A DNA stretch of 48,608 bases, counting the filler, from Jimgerdemannia flammicorona (Eukaryota): NCBI GenBank assembly GCA_003990765.1. It is 2 parts of 2 records of this genome, joined end to end, with 100 filler letters (N's around TTAATTAATTAA, not from the genome) between each part and the next. Parts side by side here need not be neighbours in the genome. Positions count along the whole stretch, not along the records: positions 24,356 to 48,608 come from RBNJ01000999.1; 1 more part is not named here. One strand, given 5' to 3'. This document shows, piece after piece, positions 24,813 to 37,312 of the stretch. A program made the translations under genes and the position numbers. Under the pieces are notes generated by a model. That model was not told the origin of the DNA, made no database searches, and saw nothing but the letters and a program-made list of their open reading frames with translations. How positions within the stretch are numbered: the first letter of the stretch is position 1; every line of letters begins with the position of its first letter.

Positions 24813-26311
24813 ACTTAGACACTATTGTCTTGTTTATTAGCATTTCATATTTAATTCACGAAGCGTCTTGGTTTCTCCTTCTTGGTTGCACCCGACGGCA
24901 TACACCCAGAGTCCTCGAAATCCTGCGAAAGCTTCCCTGAGCCATCGCTAAGTGGGGCCTTTGAGACTGTTGGTTTATGGTTTTTTCGAAACGGACCTCA
25001 CCCCCGCAGTCCCGCTCCGAAGGTATCGGGTTCTGAAAAATCGATTTCTTCACCGTCTGTCTTTATAAGTATATACCATCCCACATCTTCTCTTTCAACT
25101 GCACTTGCATTTCCTCGGTTAGTTTTCGCTTGATGAGCTCTTCTCTCTGCCCGCATGGCAGGCATATCTCGTGACGGAATTCGCCGCCGTCTCTTTACAC
25201 TTAAGATGAAACAGTCGGATGAGTATTAACATTGGTACCTTTGCCAACAAGATAGGGGATGAGAAAATGAAATATGAAGTTAACCAATCTCTGAATTAAT
25301 TTTGATGCAATTCGCGCCCGCTCTTTGCTTTGATCATCCTATAGCTCTCGCCGGTGTTCCTCGGCCAAGATGTTAGTTAGACAGGTGAGATACCGCTTGC
25401 GCCACTTTGAGTTTTGGTTATTGAGCGAGTCTTGAAAATCAGAGATACAGGATGTTCTTTGCGCTTCGAATATGACCACTCGGATGGTGATACATTCTTG
25501 AAATACGACTCAGCAGCTGTATCTATAAATTATAAGAGTACGCGTCTAGTTTGCCATGCGAGCAGCTGGAAACTGGAAATGTATTAATCTCACCGTAGAG
25601 TTTTTTTTCGAAAGGTAAACATGGATGTTCTGCCGAGAGGAAAAAAAAAAAAAATCTGCGTTACATATCTCACTCCGAAAAACCACTCAGCCACAAGATG
25701 AGGCCTATCCTACGTATATACACCACTTTTCACGCTTACTCGATCTCTATGCTTCTAAAGTATACCGTCAGAATCGCCAGAAGGTTGCACCTGCCAGTAA
25801 CCATTTTGTCCTAGGAAGTTGACCCAGCAGGGGGAGACACTGTAAAACGAACCATTTTCAAACTGTATCCCAAAAATTTTCATATACTCGAGCAGCTCTA
25901 ACCTGGTGGAAATGTAGAAAGCTTTTCTGACTAGAATTCTACCGATATGGATTTTTTTTTAAAAAAAAAACAAAAAACAAAAAACAAAAAACAATCATGG
26001 GCAACTTTTTCTTGACTAAATGGAGTTAATTGCAGTGTTCAAAATCAATATTTTGAAATTGATGGTAAAGCACTTACTCCCGAGGAGTTAGGAATATTTT
26101 GTTTGTGAGTATTTTTCCGTTGACAGCAAACTAGTACTCAGTTAATCTTTGTTTTAGGACTTGGTCTTTTCTACTCTGTTGTTTTGGTTTACTTGATAAA
26201 TATCAATAGACAAATTCAGAGCGATGATGTCACCGACACTGTTTTTTCTAATGTGGCAGCCAATGAGCCAATGAAGCTATCTCTCTTTACACGCGGCGAG
26301 CTTCTACCACC

Positions 26312-29300
26312 ATGGCTCAGGATCTATGCTACACCATTATTCATCAAGACGACACAACCGATCAGCCCTCTCTGCAGGAGTTTAAAACCTCGTTCGAGAA
26401 AGGCTCCGATGAAGCTAAAATCGAAACAATGAAGAAATTGCTCATCACCATGCTCAATGGTGACCCGATGAACCAGCTCCTTATGCACGTCATTCGATTC
26501 GTAATGCCTTCGAAGAATAAACAGCTGAAGAAGCTGCTTCACTTCTACTGGGAAATTTGCCCCAAGACGAACCCTGACGGCAAGCTCAAACAGGAAATGA
26601 TTCTAGTGTGGTAATTGACCAAACGTGATTTACGTATTGTGGGAAGTTTTATAGGCTACGTTCTTGCCACCAAAAAACGCGAGTACAGTAGCTGGCGTAT
26701 AATGAACAGATCATTGTTCCACCCGCCAGTTAGCAATATCAATTTAGATTGAAGTCATGTTAATGCTTGCACAGAGCGTCAACATCGTATTTTACATTAT
26801 CTGTTATTCAAATTATTTTGTGTATCTGATTCAATTTTCTCATTTCGATCATTACAGCAATGCGATTCGCAACGACCTTCAGCATCCTAATGAATATATT
26901 CGCGGCGCAACGCTGCGCTTCCTTTGCAAGCTGCGTGAACCAGAGTTGCTCGAACCTCTGCTGCCGACCTGCAGAGCTTGTTTGGAGCATCGCCATTCAT
27001 ACGTTCGCAAAAATGCCGTATTTGCTATTTACTCCATTTATAAGCATTTTGAAAACCTCATCCCTGACGCGCCAGAGTTGATCCAGAATTTTCTTGCAGC
27101 TGTGAGTTGTTTGGTCCCTTTTAGTGCGTTCGCCTGTTTTTGCTTTCTTCTTTTGTTCATTCCAGAGTAAACTATTCTTTTTATGCTGGAGCGGTTTAAT
27201 CCTGACCCTCTAACATTTATCTTACAACAGGAAGCTGATATGACATGCAAGAGAAATGCGTTTGTGATGCTTTACAACACCAGCCAGGCTCGTGCCGTCG
27301 AATACCTCAATCAGGTCTTTAACCAAGTCCCCAGTTTCGATGAACTGTTGCAACTCTCCGTGATTCAATTGATCCGAAAGGATTGCCGCACGAATGCTGC
27401 AAACAAGGTAATTGTCCACCTCGGTGCTAATTGTCACGTTCTCGTTCCAGTTTTACATTTGGTAACAATGTGATATTCGTCCAGGCCCCCTACATCCGTT
27501 GTATATTCGAACTGCTGAATGCTCCGTCGCATTCTGTCAAATACGAGGCCGCGACGACCTTGATGGCTCTAACGAGTAACCCCGCGGCGGTAACAGGCAA
27601 GACATGTTTATATTGTCATCTTTTTCGAATCAGTGAGGTGAGGCAATATGAACAAAGGCGGGATTATGTTGAAGGTGCTAACCTTATATCTCTTCCTCCA
27701 ATTATACGTAAAATAGCCGCCGCGTCATGCTACATCGATCTTATCATCAAAGAATCCGACAACAACGTCAAACTCATTGTGTTGGATCGTTTGGATGAGT
27801 TGCGTGCCAAGCACGAGCGTGTACTTGACGATCTGGTCATGGACATTTTGAGGGTGCTTTCCAGGTTAGGACCGCGACCTAGTACCCGAAATCGATTCAA
27901 TCATTCTCTTGTATAATTGTGAACAAGGTTCCAGATGAAGGGAAGATAGCAGATCTCCAGTAATTGCCATTTTGTGTCTTGGTGATAATCATGATTACTC
28001 AACCTTCTTACGCCGTGTGCCTTCAGCCCGGATATAGAGGTTCGGCGGAAGGCCCTCCGTATCGTACTCGAGATGGTATCCACAAGGAATGTGCAGGATG
28101 TTGTTTTGTTTTTGAAAAAGGAACTTGCCAAGACGCACGACCAAGAATACGAGAAAGTAGGTCTTGTAGAACTGTCCAAGCTGGCACCGGCTCTTTTTCA
28201 TAGCAAACCGTTAACTTTTCGTGTCTATTTAACGTGAATTTGCTGATATTACAGAACACCGAATATCGCCAACTTCTTATCCAGTCAATTCATTCTTGTG
28301 CCATTAAGTTCTCGGAGGTAGCTGCAAATGTTGTACACGTACTGATGGAATTTTTGGGAGATTCGAACAATCCCTCGGCTGTGGACGTAGTCGCCTTTGT
28401 GCGTGAAGTCGTCGAAAAATTCCCAGCTCTCCGCTCCTCCATCACTGAGAAGTTGCTTGAAACGTTCATGGATATGAAATCAGGCAAAGTGTTCCGTGGG
28501 GCTTTGTGGATTGTTGGCGAATACTGTCTGGAGGAAAAGGATATTGATGAGGCATGGAAGCAGATTCGCTTAGGCTTGGGCGAAGTGCCAATTCTGGCGT
28601 TGGAGCAACGTCTACTGGAGGAAGCACAAGCTGACCATGAAGAGAAACCTTCCGAATCTCGCCCAAGTCCTGGAGCTTCGGCAGCACCAAGACGCATTCT
28701 AGCCGACGGTACCTACGCAACCGAAAGCGCATTCACGTCAAATGCCAACACGGCCTCCAAACTTGATGCAGTAAAGGCTGCTGCCAAACCTCCTCTTAGA
28801 TGTAAGTAGCATGTTGACTCCAGCACGAGATTATGTCACCTAATATCTGCGTTATTTTGTAACCTCGTCTATTCTTGTATCTTTTCTAGCGTTGATTTTG
28901 AACGGAGATTTCTTCCTTGGATCCGTTCTCGCCACCACGTTGACAAAGTTGACAATGCGTTACGCTGAGCTTGTTAATGACGTGAAGAGTGTGAACTCTC
29001 GTAGAGCTGAGGTAAGGGCAGAATAATACCTTCATATTTAACTCTCTTTCTTTATATATCATGCCTCACATTATCGATCTGTTCACATATACTCTACAAG
29101 ACGTTATAATCATGTTTGCACACATACACCTTCACGGATCCCTCTTACATTAGGCCATGCTCATAATGGCTAGCGTCATCCGTGTGGGTCAATCCCAATT
29201 CGCTTCGACACCCATAGATGAAGACTCTTACGAACGTATCATGTCTTGTTTGCACGTGCTTGAAACCACACCGGGCGATCGAGTCACCAAAACTGTGTTC

Positions 29301-31230
29301 TTGCAAGATACCAAAGCTGCCTTTGCGAAGCAGGTCCAAGCTGAGGAGGTTGGTTTCGGAGCGATGGTTGCTACTTTTCTATTGGCGAGTTTTTGGCTGT
29401 TAAATACTATACTAATTAATGGTTGGTTGGCGAATTTCATTTTTACATATTGTTATCTTAATTCGTCTTGCTGATTAATTAGAAACGTCTAGCAGATAAA
29501 AAGGCCAAGGATAGGGCTGCCGTGACTATTCAGGCAGATGACGTGATCTCCTTCCGCCAATTCTCCAAGAAGAATATTGGTGATGAGATGGACGAAGTGA
29601 GGATGATATAACTCTCTTTTTCTCCTGCTACCCACACCATGATTATACCTGATCACTTTGTCCATGTTTTACCCGTACCAATTAGTACGAATTGGATCTC
29701 ACACGTGCGACGGGAGTGACGGACTCCAAGGATGACTTGATGTCTAAGCTCAACCGTGTCGTGCAACTCACCGGCTTTTCGGACCCTGTGTATGCCGAGG
29801 CGTATGTCAACGTGCATCAATACGATATTTTGCTTGGTAAGTATGCATCCTCGCATTCGCCATTCGATGACAATGAATCACCAGATTGGCGATGATAACC
29901 GTATTCAAGCTAGCATTACCTCGTGAAGGCATTCCCACTTAGCCTATTTGCACTTTGTGCTGCACTATTAATAGACGTCCTTATCGTTAACCAAACGAAC
30001 GAGACGCTTCAAAATCTGGCGATCGAGTTCGCAACTCTCGGTGATCTTAAATTGGTTGAGAGACCTGCGAATCATAACCTTGCGCCACATTCCTTCCACA
30101 GTGTTAAGGCCAACATTAAGGTATGTCACTTCCGTTCTCTCTGTATCAAAACCGAATTGTTTGAATCGTACGGATTTCACAAAGCTCAAATCTTGCAAAA
30201 TCGTCACATTTAGGTTTCCTCCACGGAGACTGGCGTCATCTTCGGAAATATTGTGTACGATGGCCCTGGGACGTCCGAAAGCAACTGCGTAGTACTAAAT
30301 GATATCCACATTGACATTATGGATTACATTAACGCAGCCTATTGCAATGAAACACAGGTGAGCATCTATTTTTTATTTTTTTCGCGCCTACCTCATGGTT
30401 TGTTTATTGAGCGGGAAACACTATTTCGAACCGCTATTTGGGATGTTGTGTACACTTTATCAGTTCCGAAGCATGTGGATCGAGTTCGAGTGGGAGAACA
30501 AAGTGAATGTCAACACCAACATCACGTACGTTTCATGGCTTAGGCTCGCTTTAGATCGGGTTTTTTTTTTGTTGTTGTTGCCAACTTGAGGGATAAGTTG
30601 TTTTTAGTACTTCACTCATTCAAATCTTCGACGCTAATTGCCAGTGATCTCCGGGCTTATCTGAATCACATCATGAAATCCACGAATATGAGTTGCTTAA
30701 CACCTGAAAATCAACTTTCGGGCGATTGTGGGTTTCTATCAGCAAATATGTATGCCAGAAGTATTTTTGGTAAGTCACATCGACCTCTCATTTGATTTTG
30801 TATTGTCTTATTGCTCCGCACTTTACTATCATCCTTTTTTCTCATCTCTCTTGTTCTCGTTGGCTCCAAGGCAACAAGTTGTAGATGCTAATCATAATCG
30901 ACCCTATCAATCCCCCAACAACTTCTTTTATTTGTTAACCCCGACAGGTGAAGACGCGCTAGCCAATCTCAGCATCGAGCGCAGCGGTGGTGATGGTCCC
31001 ATCACTGGCCACATCCGCATTCGCAGCAAAACACAAGGCATCGCCTTAAGCTTGGGTATGTCTACAAATCACTATGTTGGGATTGATAGCGATTTCATTC
31101 TAGCTGTAATATCGGAATTCGAGACGGGAGAAGTTAATCTCCATCATCCATGGATTTGTTTTCATGGTTTTTTATTTCCTTTTTATTTGTAGGCGATAAA
31201 ATTACTTTGGCACAGAAGGTTGCTGCTTAG
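26312..31230 (+). CDS. SEC26: Coatomer (COPI) subunit beta, ~17 exons
   Basis: [120 protein letters not shown]; 16 introns traced. Confidence 0.97.
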
Positions 31231-31870
31231 GGAATTGAGCAGCATAACAATAGCAACAAAATGATCTATGTGCACCCCACTTCTCGTAATAGAGTTACGG
31301 AGCTCTGTTTGCGCTTTCTTGTTTAGTGTAATACATAGTCGTTCGTTCCGAAACGACTCTGGGCAAATGTTACTGCCTTGGGAATGAGCGAAGAGACATT
31401 TCCTAATTTCACGCTGAGCAATTTTACCAATGCCAACACGAACTACGTTTTGGTTGTCCTGTCAAAATCACGTCGGCGACATAGGGCTTCAGTTAGAACG
31501 GAATACAGGATTGTATTAACCGCTGCATTACTTTCGGCCATTGGCAGCAAAGTCATCTATGCACATCGCACAGTAATACTCACACCAGTCTGTTGCAGCG
31601 AGTATCACTTGTTCTGAAACTCGCCGATGTTCGATCGAAATACTCGTGTATCCTATTTAAAAAGAAATGCAAACATAAGTTTATATCAGCACCCAAGAAA
31701 TCGCCACAAAACATGTTCAAAACCAACATATGCGAATGACACGATCGATCCAAATTTGGATGACGTCACGCGAAATATAGAGACAGTTTCCTAACTTTTT
31801 GATCCAATCCCAGCTTCTGATCGACTTTTCTACACTTGGAATCGCCATTTTTTTGAAAGAAGCCAAAATA

Positions 31871-32137
31871 ATGGATCCAGGATCCTATTGCAACCGTACG
31901 GGCAAAGGTATTTTCTTTTTCTTTATTTAACTAAAGGGATTGCTCTGGTCATCTCTCATCCAGACTTAAGAGTTCAGTTCTCAACCCTGTACCCGAGTGA
32001 TGGCGGCGCCCCTGGTCAGTTCTCATCCTGACTCGAGAGTATTAATTCTCATCCTGGGTGACTTTAATTTTTTTTTTTTTTTTTTTTTTTTTTTGCTTTA
32101 GATTTTTTGTTTTTTTTTTTTTTAATTTTAATTATAA

Positions 32138-32177
<40 letters not shown>

Positions 32178-33640
32178 GCTCTAAGATGTTGAGTTTTTTG
32201 TCTGTAAAATATAAATATACTCTATTTTATTTTATTTTATTTTTTTTATCATCATTGTTGCTGCAATCGGTGGATCCGAACTTTCGAGCAATACCTTTCA
32301 AGTTTATTGGGAAGAGATTATACTTGAACGGAAGAAAGTGAGTCAAGTCCTATATGCTGTCGACTTTTATTACTGACTGTAATCTTACAAAATAGCTCGC
32401 TGTCAAACAAACCCATCTACTGGGGAGCCTTGGCCTCCTTGATGACGCCGGCCGACATAATATTGCCGAGTTAAAAATCGCCTTCCCTATAACAAATAGA
32501 AATTGCAACCTCGACGGATTGACTAAAAGGGTGAGAGCGCTGACGATTCTCAACTCACTGAAATGGTGCAGGAAATCTCTTTGACTTCCTGTCTTTGATA
32601 TTAGCTGAAAGTTTAGCTGATGGAGATCCTAGTTTCAGCGATGAGGAAGATGTTGATGAGTAGGAGTTTGATGAAGGATCTGTGTCTCCATGCGAATATG
32701 TCGTCAAGGCAAGAAAAGAGAAAGTGCTACGTCAGAGCAGGACAGTGACAAATCTGATGCGTGCAAGGTGGGGTGCTTTTGAACAGACTTTCAAAGGCAT
32801 GCAAATTGCGTCTCTCTTCCGGCAAATTGGTGGACGACGCGTTGTTCGAACTTGGAATGCAATGTGATGAAGAACAGTAAGTATTATGTGCTTTAACTTG
32901 GTATTATATACTTGAACATTTTGTTCTTCTTAGTCTTTCTCATAGCTTTGTACTAGATCCGAACGATAACGCATATATCAATGAAAATATTTTCACGCAG
33001 GAGGAGCTGAGAGAAATCCGTGCCTATAATAGGGCTGAGCCACCAGATATGCCGGACAACCTCTTACAGTACCTAATGACTTACGAAGGTAGCTATTTAT
33101 TTAATAACAGTTGTCAGTTTCAATAGCATTGTATCTTTATCTTTCTAACTACATGACCGTTCCTGGACAGAATACCGTTTATGAGCTTCGGCAAAGTTTG
33201 CTACAGCCATTAGACACGATTGGCAACAATTTTGTACATGAAATTCACCACGATTTCGATTGGATTCAATACGCAATTCATGCTATGTGAGTAGTTATTG
33301 CTTGAATTGATTGACTTCATACCTGCCAAATCAGATAATTTATACTCGCTGATGATTTACAGTTTGCGGGAGTACGAGAGCGGCTCTTTGAAAAGGAATC
33401 ATCATGAAGAGTGGTACAATCTACACGTTTGGGGTCCTATCGTAGATCAATGTTTTGCGGATATCGTAGACATGGAGGAAGTAAGGTGAGGACTACATTT
33501 GCTATAGAGCTTTGTTGAAATATGATTATTGCAGCTAATAAATCAATTCAATCAATAACTTTGCTTTTTCTCTAATATTGATCTGGTAGGGGGGAATCAT
33601 GTAGCATCGCGTCAGGATTACGTAAAACATGAACCGAATT
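31871..33640 (+). pseudogene. Decayed member of a Mucoromycota-expanded family (putative PD-(D/E)XK/REase-like; C-terminus missing)
   Basis: Spliced segments SFVLDPND...IFTQEELREI, DFDWIQYAIH, LREYESGSLKRNHHEEWYNLHVWGPIVDQCF...VRGESCSIASGLRK; stops in the 5' part and just after RKT. The start is uncertain and the family call is from recalled motif resemblance. Confidence 0.5.
32068..32176. repeat. Poly-T tracts
   Basis: Several T runs of 14-38 nt. Confidence 0.9.
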
Positions 33641-34494
33641 GTGTCTGGCAAGCAGACGTTGGCGAGGTGGAAAAGTGGGAGAAAGGCAGATTTAATACTG
33701 ACTGGTGTCGACAAATGATGCCCATCACGTTACACAACTCGATTTGGAGTAGTGGTTCAAATGGTAGCCAGCGATACACGTCCCGACGGCGAGGTTATTA
33801 CTCTAGGCAATGGGATCCTCGCTGGCCAGGACAATGTCGTCAGTCACGATAGGAAGACTGGGAGTATCCTCCTACCAGATATCCGAAGAAGTGGGTATGT
33901 TTGAATAAACTGATGAACTGACTGGCTGATTGGACTTGACTGAATGACGTTTATACAATTCACAGGAATATTTATATAATTTCACTAAACATCATGTTAT
34001 AAAGAGGTCGGGGGGATCGGAGTCACGAGAACCCACGTTAGACCACGCCGGAACGACTTTATCTGATGATGACCTATTCAAAGATCGCTGTTATAGCTTC
34101 TTCTCCCATTGAATAATGTCCTTGGCTTGATACGCTAGGGCGTCGTAGGAGGGCGTCATAGTAAATCTCTTGGTGCGTTCAACGAGTCAATAGGCAGGGT
34201 ACAGTCGTCCGCCTTCTACCCAAACGTGCGGGTCCTACCCAAGCATCAAGCCCAAGCCAACTGTATATGTATGTACGTAAAGGACATGCACCCTATATTG
34301 TCTTGATGTCTAAATGAAGATATGGCATAAGCCAAGTATCAAATGCTCCTTTGTACAAAATATTATGAATGAAGTAGAGAATAAACCAACCACCACTCCG
34401 AAGTTTCCAGAAATTGCGCGAAATACAAGGTCATTAACAAATATAGCACTGGAAGCATAACAGTCTGCATCCATGGACATATCGATAACCGAAT

Positions 34495-37170
34495 CTACAA
34501 ATCATCATATGATAACACTTGTCGTTCGGCCCTCGCCGCCCTCGGATCCATCGGTAACTGTGCACGTGGGTCCAACATATATCCAGATTCCGAAGATGGG
34601 GCATCTAAAGGTGCTGCCAATTGATGCATTGTTGCTACTCGGTCTATTATTCGTGAATGTCAAAATGCGTAAATAATGATAGATGTTTCTAACCGAGCGA
34701 ATATACTTAGAGCAATCTGATAAATATGAACCAACCTTGGAGTGATATGGATTTCTCTTGCGGTGCGAGGCTGGATAAATAATCTGTGGCTTCACCCTGC
34801 TTAGCCAACATGCCATCTGGAGTACAAATTAGTTATCAGTGAAATCAATTAGACAGAGACAACCGATTCAAAGCGTCTTAAATACTGGAAGCAATGATGG
34901 CCAAGCACGAGGGATACGCACCGTCATCTTGCCAGGGCACGTTACCAAACCCGACACGGTTACGTTCAGGAATTTTGGCCCGGTTTACTACCAATGCCAG
35001 ACAAAACCGTATATATACGTACGATTAATTCAAGACATATATGGTGAAGTATAACAAGTGTGATTTTTAATGCTCAAAATAAAGCAATCTCGAATTGCAA
35101 AGTTATTGAAGTGCAATATCTACCTTTGATGGAACGTCTTCCCAATACACTTCCGTTCATGTGTTGTATCGCCTTTAGAGCCTGATCCTTTCTGTCAAAG
35201 GTAATAAAGGCAAACCTAAACCATTTCCATGCAATATGACATCGCCAATAATAAATAGTCAATGCGCAAAACGTTGATTAGCGCTTTCTCGATTCATATG
35301 ATTCTCGCCGCTAACAACCGCAAATCGATAACAGATTGTTGTATGACTGCGTACTCTTTTCCTTCTACCATTTTGACATGCTTGATCTCTCCGAAGCGCT
35401 CAAATGCGAGGCGAAGAGCTTTCTCCGTAACGTTTTGTAACTCTCCCACGTAGATTTTAGTGGCAAAGAACTCAGTATCGATGTAGCTAGCAGCAGCAAC
35501 ATAGGGCTAATTTCGAACCCCATAAATCAGAATCGTGCAGCCAGGTGGTGGCATATCAATGGCGTTCGGTGAGCATTCAATTGTTAAACCAAAAATAATA
35601 TATATATATAATAAAATAGAAAAATAAAAAAAGGAGGGGGGGAATAACAACGGTGGAGCGGCAAATCTTGAAAAAAGAAAGAGGACCCACATCATCCATC
35701 TGTCTCCATCTATTTGCACTTCTCCTACGCCCTTCTTCTCTGTCTCTTGACCTCCTAGTGTCCCTACGGACACGTTCCCTGGACACAATATCACTCTGCT
35801 TACAATATCCTCTAGTGCTCGCGGATTTATGTTCGAACATATTTCCATCCTCGCCCTCGTCTGATATTCTACTGGTTCTGTCAGATCGCTCTGTGTAAAA
35901 TTTTCCACGCCGCCGCTTTACACGGCCGAACTCATCTACTTCGTCGCTGGGAGGGGATGGTGAGCGGGTTGAAGAACGTGTAGGGCTGCGACTTCGGCTG
36001 CGACTTGACCGTTCAATAATCGATGGCCAACGTCGCTTGTTATTATTTTTGAGTGCAGCCATTTGGTGGGCTCTATTGTCATCAACATTGTGATTACCAA
36101 GATATTTGTGATAGCGCCCCCGTCGGTTGCCAAGGCGTTCGTCTTCACTATTCCAGGAGGAAAGCGAGCTAGAAGAAGAGTAGCTAGACACAGAGTCATC
36201 GTCATCATCTTCGCCAATCGCGTCCTTGTTTCGTCGTAAATCATTTAATGGTCTTAACGAATGATTATCCATCTCATGAGAAGAAGTTGATGTCAACCGA
36301 AAATTTGACATTGATTGCGGAAGAGATCTAAAATCAAGAGGGACAGATGGTCTCAAAGACATCGCATGGGCCAACGAAAACCCCGCAACATAAAACAAAC
36401 CAAGAAACGAAACCCTAACCTCTGCTGATCTTGTTCATGTGACGTTGTGGCGACGATCATCGGCATGATCCGGTCTTTTTGCTTTTCATCCAAATCCATT
36501 TCATCCACAGCCAGAGTAGGTGATGTACTACATATGCATAAAAAGTCAGATATAGAGAAACTTTCCGCAAAATGTAGACAGTAGAGGAATGGAAGGAATG
36601 CATACATCTTAGAAGGATGAACAGGTAGTATTAATGTCGAATCGTTCAGCGGAGATGGGGCGAACACCGATGATGAGAATAGTTGCATCCTGTCGTGACC
36701 GTCAGTATGGGCTGTGTCTGTATGTAGCGATGGTGCTTGTGTTTCGTCTGTGATCTTTGAGGCCAAATTGTCAATTGCTGTGTCCCAGTCATTTAAAGGA
36801 GCTCCACTCGTGTTGGGGTTTCTGGGTTTCTCTCCGTCCGTTGCAATGATACGGGCCACGTTTGATTCCGAGCGCGGAACCGTGTCTGTTGATGTCGTCG
36901 GGGTGGCCTTCCGTTCGATAGTGCTGGCGTGCTTGAAAAGGAGAATTAAACAAAGAACATTAGATCCCCATATGCGGTGTCCTGGTTCCGGATGAAACAA
37001 CCGGCGGGTCCTACCAGGGATACGGCTGGCTTTGGTGTGTCCTTCACGTTAAGTACGGTCGAAAGCAAGTCGAAAGCGGAGGGTTGTTTGTTGGCCTCGT
37101 GTTGTAATTCAGCTTGCTTCTCCTTGAGTTTCCTCAGACGTTCTTTTTTCTGTCTCAAACGCTCGTCCAT
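34495..37170 (-). CDS. RS/RD-rich single-RRM protein, NELF-E-like architecture
   Basis: N-terminal basic coiled coil MDERLRQKKERLRKLKEKQ; SRSRSRSP/RD-rich exon; spliced RRM KIYVGEL...AFERFGEIKHVKMVEGKEFAFITF...AIQHMNGSVLGRRSIKVNRAK; C-terminus ERQVLSYDDL*. Confidence 0.85.
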
Positions 37171-37312
37171 GGTTTACCAACACAGGAGGAAAAGGTACCA
37201 GGAGGGAAAAGTGCCAGTGCATTGTGTGATAAAGAAGTCACAAAAAAAGTTGTGACTGCTCATCTGTCCTTTTTATTTATTTTTTATCCAGCCACATTCG
37301 CACGACAGTGCA
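37171..37312. promoter_or_regulatory. Compact bidirectional promoter (RRM gene / DBP4)
   Basis: 142 bp between divergent ATGs; inverted repeat GTCACAA..TTGTGAC 37237-37256; PAC-like GCTCATC 37258-37264. Confidence 0.6.

Noticed and set aside
24856..25920. Short ORFs upstream of SEC26
   Set aside because: No family resemblance or consistent splice structure seen
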